Source of the DNA: Candidatus Cloacimonadales bacterium
GTDB lineage: Bacteria > Cloacimonadota > Cloacimonadia > Cloacimonadales > JAFGVF01
Assembly: GCA_963677495.2 (NCBI GenBank)
Contig: CAXXOU010000004.1
Span: 320,001 to 384,000, forward strand
Length of the DNA: 64,000 nt
Reading direction: 5' to 3'
The stretch's first letter is position 1. Every line of letters starts with the position of its first letter. Positions 41,232-52,540 of this stretch are shown in pieces. Below the pieces are notes generated by a model. That model did no database searches. It saw only the letters and a list, made by a program, of their open reading frames with translations, and was not told the origin of the DNA. The translations under genes and the position numbers were made by a program.

Positions 41232-41378
41232 ACTTTTCCTCCTGATTTATTCACATAAGGTTTGTTTATCTAATCTTATATAAATCGTTTGAAACTTGCA
41301 TATAGGTCAAGGAATTTATTTCATAGTGAGATAAGTTTAAGTTAGTGTAATATTTATGATGAGGACAATTCATTAATG

Positions 41379-41408
41379 AAAAAGAGTCGGGAAAGGTAAT
41401 CCCGACTC
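41379..41408 (-). terminator. Intrinsic terminator
   Basis: A-run followed by GAGTCGGGA-AAGGTAA-TCCCGACTC. Confidence 0.75.
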
Positions 41409-41432
41409 AATATAGATTGGTTGTTAATTAGT

Positions 41433-44400
41433 TTATTTCATCATAACAGCTTTTTCAACTGCAGTGAATCCGTTTGCTTCAACTTTAAAGAAGTAGATAC
41501 CACTACCTACACCTTCGCCATTCCAAGTTACAACATTGTTCTCTGATTCAGGAAAGTCTTTGTCTACAATAACAGACACAACTTCACCTTTTACGTTAAA
41601 GACAGTAACTTTAACATTTCCTGCTTTAGCAAGACTGAATGAAACAGATGTTGTAGGATTGAATGGGTTAGGGTAGATGCTATTGATTCTTGATGCAATC
41701 TGTGTATCAGGAACTTCGGGACCGTCACCATCTTCTGTAATCTCGATAGAGATAGGACCGTAGAATGAACTGATACCATCAATTGTCATACTTTCAAGCC
41801 AATAGTAGAAAGTTCCCATCTCGATAGCATCACTATCATCGTATGCGTAACTGTGAGTGCTTGATTGGTTGATTGCATTAATCATCTCACCATTAACCTG
41901 ATACTTATCTACTTCAGAGTCTGATTCAGCTCTGTAGATATTATAGCCGGCCATTGCAGATTCAGACTCAACAGTCCATTCAAGTCTAACAACTTTGTCA
42001 TCTTGAACTGTAAGAGTAGAAGCCGCAAATGCAGTAAGAGTTACTGGAAGAGGTTGGTAATCATTCTCATTTTCACCACCAGGTGTTGGGGATGGAACGA
42101 TTGTCCAATCGTTACTTACATTCTCTCCGGCATCTTTGTTTGTTCTTTCATAGATAGTACCGGCAATAGCACCACTAGTAGCTGAACCGAATTGGTCAAC
42201 AGTTCCCTTTGCAACACCATCGTCAAGAACTAACCATGAGCCATCAACTAGACTTGGTATAGGTAAAACAGATTGGAAATAAGTTCCTGTAAGCATTGGG
42301 TACATTAACTGCATTTCACCTTCAGTAACAGCACCAATAACCAAGTATTCACCTGGGTTAAGTGTCCCTGAAAGAGGAGATGGCATATCAGGTGCATATT
42401 GAATAAGATTCCAACCGGTTAAATCTTGTGCAGTATTACCTGCATTGTATAATTCAACATATTGTACAAGGTCTGTGCAAACTTCAGAGATAAAAACATC
42501 TGAATATGGTGCTTCTACGATGTCAGCAATGTTTCTTGCTGAAATGTATGCTCCATCAGTGCGTGAGTTCATGATACCTGTGATATTCATAGACTCAGAT
42601 GGGATAGCTGTTCCTATATATTCTACATCATAGAACGTTGTACGGAAATTATAACTATTAACTCCATCAGAAATAGCGTAAACAGTACCGTTTGCAAAAG
42701 AACCGGTATCTGAGAAAGTTACTCCATTAACAGTAACAACCTGAGCTTCATACATCTCAAAGTTAGCTGTAAGGTCAGCCAGAGTTACAACAGCAGGAGT
42801 AATTGAAAGACCTGTGTTTGAAGCTGCACCAGGATCTGAAACAGGAATAAACTGTAACATTCCACCGTATGAGCTAAGAGTACCACAAAGACCTGTGATA
42901 CCATCATTTACATTGTAGGCAGTTGTAATATTTCCACTATTATCATCAATAAGGATACCGGCTGTAGCATCTTGAACATACTTTTGACCACGATATGTTT
43001 GTTGATAAGTAAGAACAGCTTCACCTGTAAGACAGTAGATAGTACCATCTGTAGCACCTGTTCTAAGAGTAGCGATATCAGCTACATTTACTATATTTAC
43101 AACAGTGTAGTCATAAGTTGAACTTGTAGTTGTTGCAGGTTCAGCATTTGCATCTATTGCAACGATTTCATAATATACAGTAGTTCCACCAACTTGAGCA
43201 GGGATGTCTGCTTCATAAGTAGCTCTGCTAAGTGTCATTGCTACATTGTTAGTCATTGCATCAGAAGCGAGACCCCAGTTAAGAGTAGCAGAAGTTAAAC
43301 CATCATCATCTGTAATGTCAGCAGTAACTGTAACAATATCTGTGGCTTCCGGTGTTTCAGGAGTGTGAGCTATGTTAGCAATCACCGGAGCTGGGTTAGC
43401 TGCCGGTGGAGGTGTTGGCTGACCAAGATTAGAAATATCATCATTTGCCATAACAGTCCACTGTGAATCTGTAGCATTAGTACCTGATGAAGCTGCCCAA
43501 TCAGTGGTGGCTGCACCGGTAGTTTTACGAAGAAGTGTATGATTTGCAGTTGCATCAGTTTCACCTGCAACATCCCAACCTGAACCCGGGTCTGCACCTT
43601 CATCACCAACAACATCAACGAGAGTGCCATTGTACACAAGACCCATTGCATCGTCACCATTAAAGTAACAAACAGAAGTTCCAACTAAGTCTGAAAGTGC
43701 TTGAATCTCTGCACTTGCACTTGAGTTACAAACAACATATACATCTCCCGGTGCTAATGTCCCGGATAATGTTACAGCATTTCCCGAACCTTCAACAGCC
43801 CAGTCACCACCATTCGAAATACGCCAGAACTCTACGAAACCAAGGTTCACATTTGTCTCACCGGCATTATAAATTTCAATAGCTTTGTTGTTTGAAGAGC
43901 CTTCAATGTACTCACTGATATAAATATCAGCAGGGCCGGCAACTGAGAAGTCATACAATTCAGTTGCTATTGAACTAGTGTGATAATTTGTAAGATAAGC
44001 AATAGCTTTAACAGTTGTTGTGGTATCGATATTTAGAGCTACTGAATATGGAGTAGAAGCATCTGTTGGGTCTGTTCCATCTAATGTATAATAAATAGAT
44101 GCACCGGCAGTAGAACAACTGATTTCAACAGTTTGAGCAGTATCAAAGATTCCACCTTCAGGTGAAATTGAAGGAGTTGCTACTGTAGGCATTACTACAT
44201 CATAGTTTCTCTCTGAGCTTTCTTCCGTATTGGTATCATTATCAGTTGCAGAAACAGTATAATATACAGTAGCACCATCAGCTTGAGCAGGAATAGTTCC
44301 AGCATATACATCACCTGCATCGATAGACATTGACACTTCATTAGTTAAAGAACCGGTAGAAAGTCCCCAATTGATTTTAGCTGAAGTGATAGTTCCTTCA

Positions 44401-45032
44401 TCAGTGATTGTAGCAGAGACAACAACATCATCCATTTGTGTTGGATTTGTAGGAAGGTGTGAAACACCTGAGATCACAGGGGTAGTAGAAGCACCACCAC
44501 TATAATCCGTTACAGTCATGTCATCGATTAAAAGTCTTTCCTTATCTTGAATATTTCTGATTCTAAAGAAAATATCATCACCTGAGATATTAGCTGTTTC
44601 TGAATACTCAACATAAGTTGTAGAAGTTGGGAATACAGAAGAACCGATCGCTGTCCAATCGCCTGCTGTTCCACCAATTTGATATTCTACGATAAACTCG
44701 ATAGGTTCACTTGGAACGTTTCCGTCCCAATGTCTGTACCAGAATGAGATAGTTCCAATACCACCATCTTTACCGTTTCCATCCAAACCTTTGAAAAGAA
44801 GGTATTCCATAGTAGAACTTGAATCATCATTAAATCTAACTGCGTTGCCGGAACGTGCATAAGTAGAATGCACCATAGCATTATTGTTTTCCCAATGTCC
44901 GACACCCGTGTGTTCATAAGTTACAACACCGGCATAAGAACCATCAGACCAGCCATCAAAATTCTCAGTGAAGTCTGCAAACAGAGCTAAACTGAAAACT
45001 GTAATTACTAAAAGAAATAAGATTTTCTTCAT
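41433..45032 (-). CDS. Large secreted protein: shared N-terminal domain, Ig-like repeats, chitobiase C-terminal-like module, two lamin-tail-like domains, OB-fold-like region, CTD; no nuclease domain
   Basis: Signal peptide; IYYTLDGTDP; ISEYIEGSSNNKAIEIYN; ISEV...YVELYN; IYPNPFNP...KAVMMK. Confidence 0.85.
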   Translation of the reverse strand: MKKILFLLVITVFSLALFADFTENFDGWSDGSYAGVVTYEHTGVGHWENNNAMVHSTYARSGNAVRFNDDSSSTMEYLLFKGLDGNGKDGGIGTISFWYRHWDGNVPSEPIEFIVEYQIGGTAGDWTAIGSSVFPTSTTYVEYSETANISGDDIFFRIRNIQDKERLLIDDMTVTDYSGGASTTPVISGVSHLPTNPTQMDDVVVSATITDEGTITSAKINWGLSTGSLTNEVSMSIDAGDVYAGTIPAQADGATVYYTVSATDNDTNTEESSERNYDVVMPTVATPSISPEGGIFDTAQTVEISCSTAGASIYYTLDGTDPTDASTPYSVALNIDTTTTVKAIAYLTNYHTSSIATELYDFSVAGPADIYISEYIEGSSNNKAIEIYNAGETNVNLGFVEFWRISNGGDWAVEGSGNAVTLSGTLAPGDVYVVCNSSASAEIQALSDLVGTSVCYFNGDDAMGLVYNGTLVDVVGDEGADPGSGWDVAGETDATANHTLLRKTTGAATTDWAASSGTNATDSQWTVMANDDISNLGQPTPPPAANPAPVIANIAHTPETPEATDIVTVTADITDDDGLTSATLNWGLASDAMTNNVAMTLSRATYEADIPAQVGGTTVYYEIVAIDANAEPATTTSSTYDYTVVNIVNVADIATLRTGATDGTIYCLTGEAVLTYQQTYRGQKYVQDATAGILIDDNSGNITTAYNVNDGITGLCGTLSSYGGMLQFIPVSDPGAASNTGLSITPAVVTLADLTANFEMYEAQVVTVNGVTFSDTGSFANGTVYAISDGVNSYNFRTTFYDVEYIGTAIPSESMNITGIMNSRTDGAYISARNIADIVEAPYSDVFISEVCTDLVQYVELYNAGNTAQDLTGWNLIQYAPDMPSPLSGTLNPGEYLVIGAVTEGEMQLMYPMLTGTYFQSVLPIPSLVDGSWLVLDDGVAKGTVDQFGSATSGAIAGTIYERTNKDAGENVSNDWTIVPSPTPGGENENDYQPLPVTLTAFAASTLTVQDDKVVRLEWTVESESAMAGYNIYRAESDSEVDKYQVNGEMINAINQSSTHSYAYDDSDAIEMGTFYYWLESMTIDGISSFYGPISIEITEDGDGPEVPDTQIASRINSIYPNPFNPTTSVSFSLAKAGNVKVTVFNVKGEVVSVIVDKDFPESENNVVTWNGEGVGSGIYFFKVEANGFTAVEKAVMMK

Positions 45033-45367
45033 AGAGTAAACTCCTTGTTTCTTAATATTTGTTTTTGATACACTTTATATACTTTTGTAGTGAACTTAAC
45101 ATGCCATTTTGAAGTCAAGTTAAAAGACTGTAAAGAGAAATATTGTAACTAGTTACATAGATTTAGCTAACAACACTTCTTAACCATACTCATTATAAGC
45201 CTGAATAGTTATTATAACTATGTTTCAGATTACCCCATGCTTAATTTGGAAGGTTAAATCAATTATTGAATGATAGAAGGTTTGCAAAACACACCAATCC
45301 TTCTTCGAAGATTACCCTCTAGGTTTTCTGTTAGTCTTTTTCTCTTTTCATTGTAGTTACTAATCGC

Positions 45368-45511
45368 TTACTGCTCCGCTTCAAGAACTTCTTTGCACCG
45401 TTAAGTAAGTTATGCACATGATGTGGATAACTTTAGGGGTTCATAGGGAGGGTCTAGGGAGGCTATAGGGAGGGACAAGCGAGATTCTAGGTTCTTGAAG
45501 CGGAGCAGTAA
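45368..45511 (+). repeat. DnaA-box-pair repeat element, copy 3 (best preserved, MITE-like)
   Basis: Perfect 21-bp terminal inverted repeat TTACTGCTCCGCTTCAAGAAC; TTATGCACA-TGA-TGTGGATAA at 45410-45430; TAGGGAG at 45444, 45455 and 45466. Confidence 0.9.
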
Positions 45512-45567
45512 AGAGAAGAAGAGGATAAAAATATAGGATAAAGTATAAATGTAAGTATAGTAGAAAG

Positions 45568-45597
45568 AAAAAGAGGGGTCTGCCGAAGCAAACCCCT
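45568..45597 (-). terminator. Intrinsic terminator
   Basis: A-run followed by AGGGGTCTGC-CGAA-GCAAACCCCT. Confidence 0.6.
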
Positions 45598-45638
45598 TAC
45601 GGTCTTAGCTGCCTAAGCAACATGTACCAAGTTTTATG

Positions 45639-48600
45639 TTATTTCATTAACATCATTTTCTTCACTCTTGTTTTTGAATCTTGTTGTTTCAGACGAGCGA
45701 AGTAAACACCGGATGCAACACCCTTACCATTAGCATCTTTACCATTCCAAGTGATAGTATGATTACCAGGTTGCATATCATCATTAACGAGTGTATTTAT
45801 TTTCTGACCTCTGATATTGTAAAGAGATAATTCAACTTTACCTGCTTTCTTAACATTGAAAGCAATGTTTGTATCAGGGTTGAACGGATTTGGATAAATA
45901 GCGAACTTGTTAGCAATCTGTGGTGTATCATCGTTTCCAACTGTGTAGTTGTAAACCGTGATAGTTCCATAGATGTCACGAGTTGAAGTAGGTTGGTATG
46001 TGAAGCCTGTTTCATCGGTAATGAAGAAATCATCACCATTGATACTGATTTTCACAGTATAATCCATATTAAAGTTGCTGAAGTCAGGATAGAATTGAAT
46101 TGGGTCGGTAGAACCAAGTTTCAAGACATATTCCCAAGTCATCATTGTGTCTGCATCTGCATTAAATGGAACAGTTAACTCTCTCATCATAAACTCGAAA
46201 GGATAATCAGGTTGAGTGATTGTACTATGATAAAGAGCAAAGTCTAAGTGCTCAGGAATAGGTTTATTCTGAAGAGCAGGTATATCATACTCTAAATCAT
46301 AATCAGCTGTTGTTTCATAAGCAGATCCCAGCTCAATCATACTCATATCAATACCATTATCTGCAAATAGTTTTAAGTACCAAGTACTTGTGAGAGGTTG
46401 CTCCATAGGAAGTGCATCTCTATATGGATAGATACGGACTCCCGGATTTGCACTATTATCAGTGATGCAGAATAGGAAGAATGACTCGAAAGGCATTATC
46501 GATTCAACCTGTTGATAATGACCATCTCGATAAACAATCATGTTAGGGTTCAAGTTAATTTCATTAGTTGCTTCAGCAGCTGAGAACCAGACATTATTGA
46601 TTCTGAAAAGACAGTTTTGTAGTGTTATCTCAGCAGGATATGGATTAGGTAAGAAATTCCAACCATAATCTAAGTCGAATGTATCATATTCAGCTTGTAC
46701 AGCAGCAGAAATATTAGCAACATTGTCATTTGGAACTTTTGCCCAATACGCATCACCATATTCAAAACTAGTAGCCTGAACTAAATCCCATGCAGAATTG
46801 TATTCCCAGAGCTCAGCTCCAGTACCAAATGCTTCTGCATCAGTTAGAGTATTTGAAGGGAATGGAGAGCTGACAGTATACCAGCCGGCATCTTTATCAA
46901 TATCAATTGTTGAAGGTACAATACCTAATGTGTATGGAGAAACCTCTCTGATTCTTTCACCATCAAAAGCGATACCATCTACAACAAGGTGAAGGTTATG
47001 ATACTCGATACCATCTGGTACGTTCCAAATATAGAATTCATCACTATTCAATACATCATCAGCGATAAATACACTGTCAGTTTCTGATTGAGCTGATAAC
47101 TCTATATGGTCTAACAAGAAAGTTCTGTTGTTTTCCCAGTAGAGATCAGCAACCTGACCACCCTGGTAGATATGGTTTTGACGATTATTGATATCAAAGT
47201 AAGGGTTAATGTTTCCATAATAGATTCTCATATATCTATAGTTTGTATTAGTTACTTGGAATGTGTAATCACCTGTTAACAAATCAGTCCAGTTTTGAGT
47301 TCCTTCATCATAAACCCAAATCTTTTCAGTAGATCTGAAAGGAAGGAAATCTTCAAGACTTAAAGTTAAGTCCTGATTTGTTTGATTTGATTTTATGCGT
47401 AGTCTATAGTATTTATAATCATCAGTAGTATCGAAGAAGGCACGTAAATGCTGTTCCATCGTGATACCGTAGCTACTACCATTCCACCAATCCTCTTCAT
47501 AGAACCCGGCCCAGACATAGTTGCCTGAAGTACTAGAGCTCTTATCAATGTCATAATCATCATCATGACCATCAGTTGCACCAATATTCATACCGAAAAA
47601 GAGGTCAGTAGAGATATCATCTGCTTGGTTAGCGACATGGATTCTGTAAATGTCATAAGGTTGAGCTGAGAAAGAGTAGTGATGAATGAATTCATCATTA
47701 TCGTTATCTACAGCAGCAATCTTGTAGAAATATGTAACAGCATTAGATGCTGTATTATCTGTAAATGAGTAATTCGTATTGTTTGAGTTAGCAGCAACAA
47801 GTTCAGGGTTAAATGCCCAACCGGCTATTTCAGTATAGTTCTGATCATCTTCAGAGCGATAAACTCTATAGCCCTGCACATTGTTTTCGTATTGAGCATT
47901 CCATGAAAGCTCTACATAGTTATCTCTTCCAAAGGCTTCGGTGTATCTAATCTTTGAACAACCGGTGATAGCAGTAACTTCATTGGATTCTGCTGAAACA
48001 TTACCATTTTTGTCACGAGCTCTAATTTTAAAGTAGTACTGTTGGTCGTTGGTAAGTCCAGTAACATCAATGAGCTCATGACGCATGTCAGCTAATTCAT
48101 CAGCATTACCTCTATCAAAGACTGAATAGTTATCGGTTCCGATAGGTTCTGTAGCATAAAGAATCTCATAAGTTTCAAAGTCATAGTTTCTAACTTGTTC
48201 CCATTCAAGTGCTACATAGTTATATGAAGCAGTATGGACTGCGAGATTCTGAGGAACAGGGAGAAGCATGTTATCATTCATAGTGAAAGCATGGTCTAAC
48301 GCTAAAGCCATTTTCTCAATCCAATATGAATAGTATTCGAAAGTATGAGTGTAAATATTCTCTTTAATATATTTTTGTTGTACCGGATCCCAACCATAGA
48401 ACCACTTAAGGTTGTTATCTGTTTGGTCATATTGGTTAGGAAGCTCATCCATCTCAATATGCCAGAAGTTATCATAATGATCCCAGCTATTGAAAGTGTT
48501 GTCATTTGTGTATTGCATCTGACGGTTATACTTGTAACCAGGAAGATCTTGATCTGTATTAACTAAAATACTATCTCCATCATCAGTATAGAAATATCTG

Positions 48601-49595
48601 TCATAAACTGAGTTGTGGAAAGTATAATAGTCATTCAAAGTAACTTCTTCATGAATACCAATAGTATTAGCTGGGAAGATAACTTCATCACTAAGGTTGA
48701 TTAAATCAAGGTTACTGTTAGATAAATCTAGAGATGGAAGACCAAGAATCTCTTCATATTTTCCACCTGAGATCTGGTTGTTTGCATAACCGGGATGTCG
48801 AGTACCCCAGTCATAGCTATGCATCTGTGCACTGAACTCTTGTACTCCAAAGGTAGATCGGATATGATCACAGAACTCGATATAAGCTTTCTGGAAAACT
48901 GTGCTTTGATTTCGAGTAGGGTCACTCAGAGACTTACTATTGTAGTAATAGCCTTGGTTTGTCCATTCAGTTTCACGTCCTGCACCATTGATTAGAAGGA
49001 ACATTGCATCCCATTCTTTAAAGCATTCATAGCCAATAGGTGCGGTACAGAAATCATCAGTTGGATGAGGAACAGTAATTATAACAGGATTTGTAGCTAA
49101 TGGATTGAATAGGAATAATCCCCAACCTTTATCGAAGCTGCCTACAACATCATCGTCCGGGTCACTATCAATATTATCGTCAACATAGTTTAGATTCAAC
49201 TGCTCTCTTAGCATGAAGTACCTGGAACCGGTTTCAGAATCGGTGAACCTTACAACTTCGTATGGGTAACCACCATTATTAATTAGTGTTTCTGCCTGGT
49301 CGTAGTTACCGGCAGCAAACTCTTGAGCGATAGTTGTCCAATCATTCAATTCGTTTGTATTAGGCACATCAAAATCTCCAAACCCATTAGTTTGGGGATC
49401 AAAAGGAGCATATAAATTGTAGTCAGGATCAGCAATACCTTCTGCAATATGTGATACAAAGTCATCATAAGCAGCGTTAGGCTCTGAGCCATAGAGAAAG
49501 CCTTTAAAAGAACCGCTCTCTATAACTAATGCTGAAAGGTTAATAAACATGAATAAGCAAAGAAGCAATAATAGGATCCGTCTCATCTTTTCCAC
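45639..49595 (-). CDS. Large secreted protein with putative Zn-exopeptidase/N-formylglutamate amidohydrolase-fold N-domain, FN3 repeats and CTD
   Basis: Signal peptide (start 49595 or 49586); VIITVPHPTDD, AQMHSY, WHIEMDE; FN3 motif GLTNDQQYYFKIRA; IYPNPFNP...KKMMLMK. Confidence 0.75.
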   Translation of the reverse strand: MEKMRRILLLLLCLFMFINLSALVIESGSFKGFLYGSEPNAAYDDFVSHIAEGIADPDYNLYAPFDPQTNGFGDFDVPNTNELNDWTTIAQEFAAGNYDQAETLINNGGYPYEVVRFTDSETGSRYFMLREQLNLNYVDDNIDSDPDDDVVGSFDKGWGLFLFNPLATNPVIITVPHPTDDFCTAPIGYECFKEWDAMFLLINGAGRETEWTNQGYYYNSKSLSDPTRNQSTVFQKAYIEFCDHIRSTFGVQEFSAQMHSYDWGTRHPGYANNQISGGKYEEILGLPSLDLSNSNLDLINLSDEVIFPANTIGIHEEVTLNDYYTFHNSVYDRYFYTDDGDSILVNTDQDLPGYKYNRQMQYTNDNTFNSWDHYDNFWHIEMDELPNQYDQTDNNLKWFYGWDPVQQKYIKENIYTHTFEYYSYWIEKMALALDHAFTMNDNMLLPVPQNLAVHTASYNYVALEWEQVRNYDFETYEILYATEPIGTDNYSVFDRGNADELADMRHELIDVTGLTNDQQYYFKIRARDKNGNVSAESNEVTAITGCSKIRYTEAFGRDNYVELSWNAQYENNVQGYRVYRSEDDQNYTEIAGWAFNPELVAANSNNTNYSFTDNTASNAVTYFYKIAAVDNDNDEFIHHYSFSAQPYDIYRIHVANQADDISTDLFFGMNIGATDGHDDDYDIDKSSSTSGNYVWAGFYEEDWWNGSSYGITMEQHLRAFFDTTDDYKYYRLRIKSNQTNQDLTLSLEDFLPFRSTEKIWVYDEGTQNWTDLLTGDYTFQVTNTNYRYMRIYYGNINPYFDINNRQNHIYQGGQVADLYWENNRTFLLDHIELSAQSETDSVFIADDVLNSDEFYIWNVPDGIEYHNLHLVVDGIAFDGERIREVSPYTLGIVPSTIDIDKDAGWYTVSSPFPSNTLTDAEAFGTGAELWEYNSAWDLVQATSFEYGDAYWAKVPNDNVANISAAVQAEYDTFDLDYGWNFLPNPYPAEITLQNCLFRINNVWFSAAEATNEINLNPNMIVYRDGHYQQVESIMPFESFFLFCITDNSANPGVRIYPYRDALPMEQPLTSTWYLKLFADNGIDMSMIELGSAYETTADYDLEYDIPALQNKPIPEHLDFALYHSTITQPDYPFEFMMRELTVPFNADADTMMTWEYVLKLGSTDPIQFYPDFSNFNMDYTVKISINGDDFFITDETGFTYQPTSTRDIYGTITVYNYTVGNDDTPQIANKFAIYPNPFNPDTNIAFNVKKAGKVELSLYNIRGQKINTLVNDDMQPGNHTITWNGKDANGKGVASGVYFARLKQQDSKTRVKKMMLMK

Positions 49596-49602
49596 CTTTT
49601 CA

Positions 49603-50172
49603 TTAATTGTTTTTATTAATTTCTAATATTTCGTTCTTAATTTTATCACTAAATAGATTTGGATCAATCAGTCTGTAATGTGGATTGTAGTAGTCGTGAT
49701 ATTTTTTTGAGTGGTTAACTAGCAATACATGATTAAGAAAATCATCTTTAAGAGGTTGTATTTCAGCAACATTCAAGCTGTCGAGAAGAGAAAAGAATGT
49801 ATCTGAAGTATCTCTTTTAAAAGCCACCCAATTGTCTAAGTTAGTGCCAATACGAGCACAGGTTGCGAAGTGGACATCAGCGAATTTATCTATTGAGATA
49901 ATTCCTTGGTTTACAATAATTGTATTGACTCTCCATAATTCATGAAATCCGGATAGATCTACAATTACAGGGTAGTTGTTTTGAGGGTTATTCTGTATTT
50001 CATTCAAGAGGTAGTTATATGATTGTTTATTAAAAAAATGGTTAGGTCCATTGAAAGCCTGATAAATACTCTTATAATAATCAATAGCAATAGCCATAGG
50101 AAACATTTCATGCTCCTGCATTACCAATCTTTTAACTATCTCTTTATCAGAAGGCTTTAACCCATTTTTCAT
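49603..50172 (-). CDS. Hypothetical protein
   Basis: 189-aa ORF overlapping the amidohydrolase gene; DYYKSIYQAFNGPNH and NHSKKY...PHYRL segments. Confidence 0.7.
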   Translation of the reverse strand: MKNGLKPSDKEIVKRLVMQEHEMFPMAIAIDYYKSIYQAFNGPNHFFNKQSYNYLLNEIQNNPQNNYPVIVDLSGFHELWRVNTIIVNQGIISIDKFADVHFATCARIGTNLDNWVAFKRDTSDTFFSLLDSLNVAEIQPLKDDFLNHVLLVNHSKKYHDYYNPHYRLIDPNLFSDKIKNEILEINKNN

Positions 50173-51622
50173 TTCTTATAATCCCGTTTGAACTAACCTT
50201 AGACAAATTATTCTCAATGAGGATATTATTGTCAAGGACTGTTAAGTTTGCTTTAAAACCTTTTGCTATCTTTCCTGAATTATCTTCATTGTGAGTAAGC
50301 CAAGCTGCGTTTTCAGTATAAATCTGAATCGCTTCTGCTATACTAAGTCTTTCATCAGGATTATGATGATTAACAGCTGCTTCAATTCCCATTAAGGGAG
50401 CTAAAGGAGTAATATACCAGTCAGAACTACCAACTACCCTTATACCATGCTTTAGCATTGTTTTTAATCTGTTACTTTTTAAAGCTCTTTCTTTGCCTAA
50501 TACTTTACTGTAAAACTGTGAATCCCCACCCCATAGCTTATCAAACATGGGTTGCATAACGCAAGCAATACCATATTCTGCAATTTCCGGGAGAATTGAA
50601 TCATCTACAAGTTCAGCATGGATAAGTTGATGTCTTAAATCTTTTCTTTCAACAATATTTGCATTTTTATAAGCGTTAAAAATCTGAGATACTGCTCTGT
50701 CGCCTAAACAGTGAACTCCTACCTGAAGGTTATTTATATGAGCTTCAAAGACAAACTTGTTCCAGAATTCATCACTTCGATAAAGAACTCCGTTTCCGGG
50801 TTCATCTACGTAATCATTGTAAATAGCAGCAGTATGAGAACCAAATGATCCATCCGCTAGAATACAACCACCAATACGTGAAGAATTAACACTCAGTGCT
50901 TTTTTTACACTAAACATCTGTGGATATGGAATAAACTCAACCCTAAAATCGTTTAAATGATTTTGTAGTAATTCAAAGTGTAGATAATCACTTTCAGCAT
51001 CGCCAAGCATAGTATGGATAGTTGTTACCCCATTATTAATCGCAATCTCTTCTGCTTTTTTATATGCTTTCAGAATAGTTTCATTATCTACATTACGGTG
51101 AAACCAGTGGGCAGCGAGGTCGTTCTCTTCCTTGCGTAACAAACCATTGAAGTCATTAGGCAAATCATTTGGGAATCCAATCTGTTTCGCAGCAATGCTA
51201 TTAATCACACATGAGTGACCATCAACTCGTCTTAACAATAGTGGGGTAGAGGGAAACAGTTTATCAAGTTCGACTAAAGAAGGGAATCTCTTCTCTTTGA
51301 TTCTATTTTCATCAAAGTTAAATCCAAATATCACCTTTTGCTGTCTGTCTGCTGTGTCAAGCATCTCAAGGACTTCACTAATTGAGCCAACTTCTCCTAA
51401 ATCAATTGAGAGTGCGTATAATCCCCCTTCAAAGCTATGTGTATGTGAATCCACAAGCCCGGGAATAAGATACTTGCCGTTTAGATTGATACATCTATCA
51501 GCATCAATTAGAAGGTCAGGTGCTATATCTACAATAATCCCATTTTGCACTAAAATATCTTGAGGAGTGAAAACACATTTATCTGAATTGTAAATATTGG
51601 CATGTCGAAGTATAGTTTTCAT
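50147..51622 (-). CDS. Metal-dependent amidohydrolase (YtcJ/Amidohydro_3-like)
   Basis: PGLVDSHTH, RVDGHS, ADGSFGSHTAA, HCLGDRA, IHAE, SSDW, GKIAKG..ANLTVL. Confidence 0.88.
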   Translation of the reverse strand: MKTILRHANIYNSDKCVFTPQDILVQNGIIVDIAPDLLIDADRCINLNGKYLIPGLVDSHTHSFEGGLYALSIDLGEVGSISEVLEMLDTADRQQKVIFGFNFDENRIKEKRFPSLVELDKLFPSTPLLLRRVDGHSCVINSIAAKQIGFPNDLPNDFNGLLRKEENDLAAHWFHRNVDNETILKAYKKAEEIAINNGVTTIHTMLGDAESDYLHFELLQNHLNDFRVEFIPYPQMFSVKKALSVNSSRIGGCILADGSFGSHTAAIYNDYVDEPGNGVLYRSDEFWNKFVFEAHINNLQVGVHCLGDRAVSQIFNAYKNANIVERKDLRHQLIHAELVDDSILPEIAEYGIACVMQPMFDKLWGGDSQFYSKVLGKERALKSNRLKTMLKHGIRVVGSSDWYITPLAPLMGIEAAVNHHNPDERLSIAEAIQIYTENAAWLTHNEDNSGKIAKGFKANLTVLDNNILIENNLSKVSSNGIIRNEKWVKAF

Positions 51623-52215
51623 TTTAGAATACCTTTCTCTTTCATAAGCTTCAAATTATCATAAAAAGTTGAGATCGGAAAACCCATAACATTGAAATAA
51701 CAGCCTGATATTTTCTTGATAAACTGACTGCCATAACCTTGGATGCCATAAGCTCCGGCCTTATCCATAGGTTCATTTGTTTTAATGTACTCCTCAATTT
51801 CATGCATATCTAGTTCTTTGAAACTAACGAGTGATTTAGCATAATCAGTCTTAGTATATGAACCCAATTTTATTGCAATGCCGGTGTATACGGAGTGTGA
51901 TGTCCCTGATAACCGAGTCAGGAAATCAGTAGCTTGTTCTATATCAACTGGTTTATTAAGTACTTCATTCTCATGGAAAACAATAGTATCAGCAGCAACT
52001 ATCATGCAACCTGAGTCAACTTTCCCGGCAATATGATTTGCTTTCATGAGTGCTAGCTCTTGGACTAGCTTATAGGGAGGAATATCCAGTACAGGTTCCT
52101 CAATATCAGAAGGGTACTGTAATGCTTTTATTCCAAAAAATTGAAAGATCTCTTTCCTGCGTGGAGAAGCAGAAGCCAATACTATTTTTTTGCGATTCAG
52201 TAACGAATGTATCAT
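51619..52215 (-). CDS. maf: Maf-family nucleoside triphosphate pyrophosphatase
   Basis: LASASPRRK, AADTIV, KP, DKAGAYGIQG, NVMGFP. Confidence 0.93.
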   Translation of the reverse strand: MIHSLLNRKKIVLASASPRRKEIFQFFGIKALQYPSDIEEPVLDIPPYKLVQELALMKANHIAGKVDSGCMIVAADTIVFHENEVLNKPVDIEQATDFLTRLSGTSHSVYTGIAIKLGSYTKTDYAKSLVSFKELDMHEIEEYIKTNEPMDKAGAYGIQGYGSQFIKKISGCYFNVMGFPISTFYDNLKLMKEKGILK

Positions 52216-52540
52216 TTCTCACCTCAACAGGAATTTTCGAAAGTAATTACATTTAGTCAATAAAAAAGTGGGTAGACTATGTTATCATTTTTGTTAGGTA
52301 CTCTTGGGTGTAGGTTTAGTAACAAAATATAGAGAATTAACTCATAATACTATGATGTTGTAAATACAAAAGCTGTTATCAAATACACAAAGCTTTTATT
52401 GAGCTTAAGTTGTAACTCTAACAGCTAACAGAAACAAGGCATTAGCTATAGTTTGATCCATTAGTGTTGAAAAAGATTGACATTTAATCCTATTTAGGCA
52501 AGTAGGGCTTAAACTTACAAAAAAATACATTGGAGGAATA

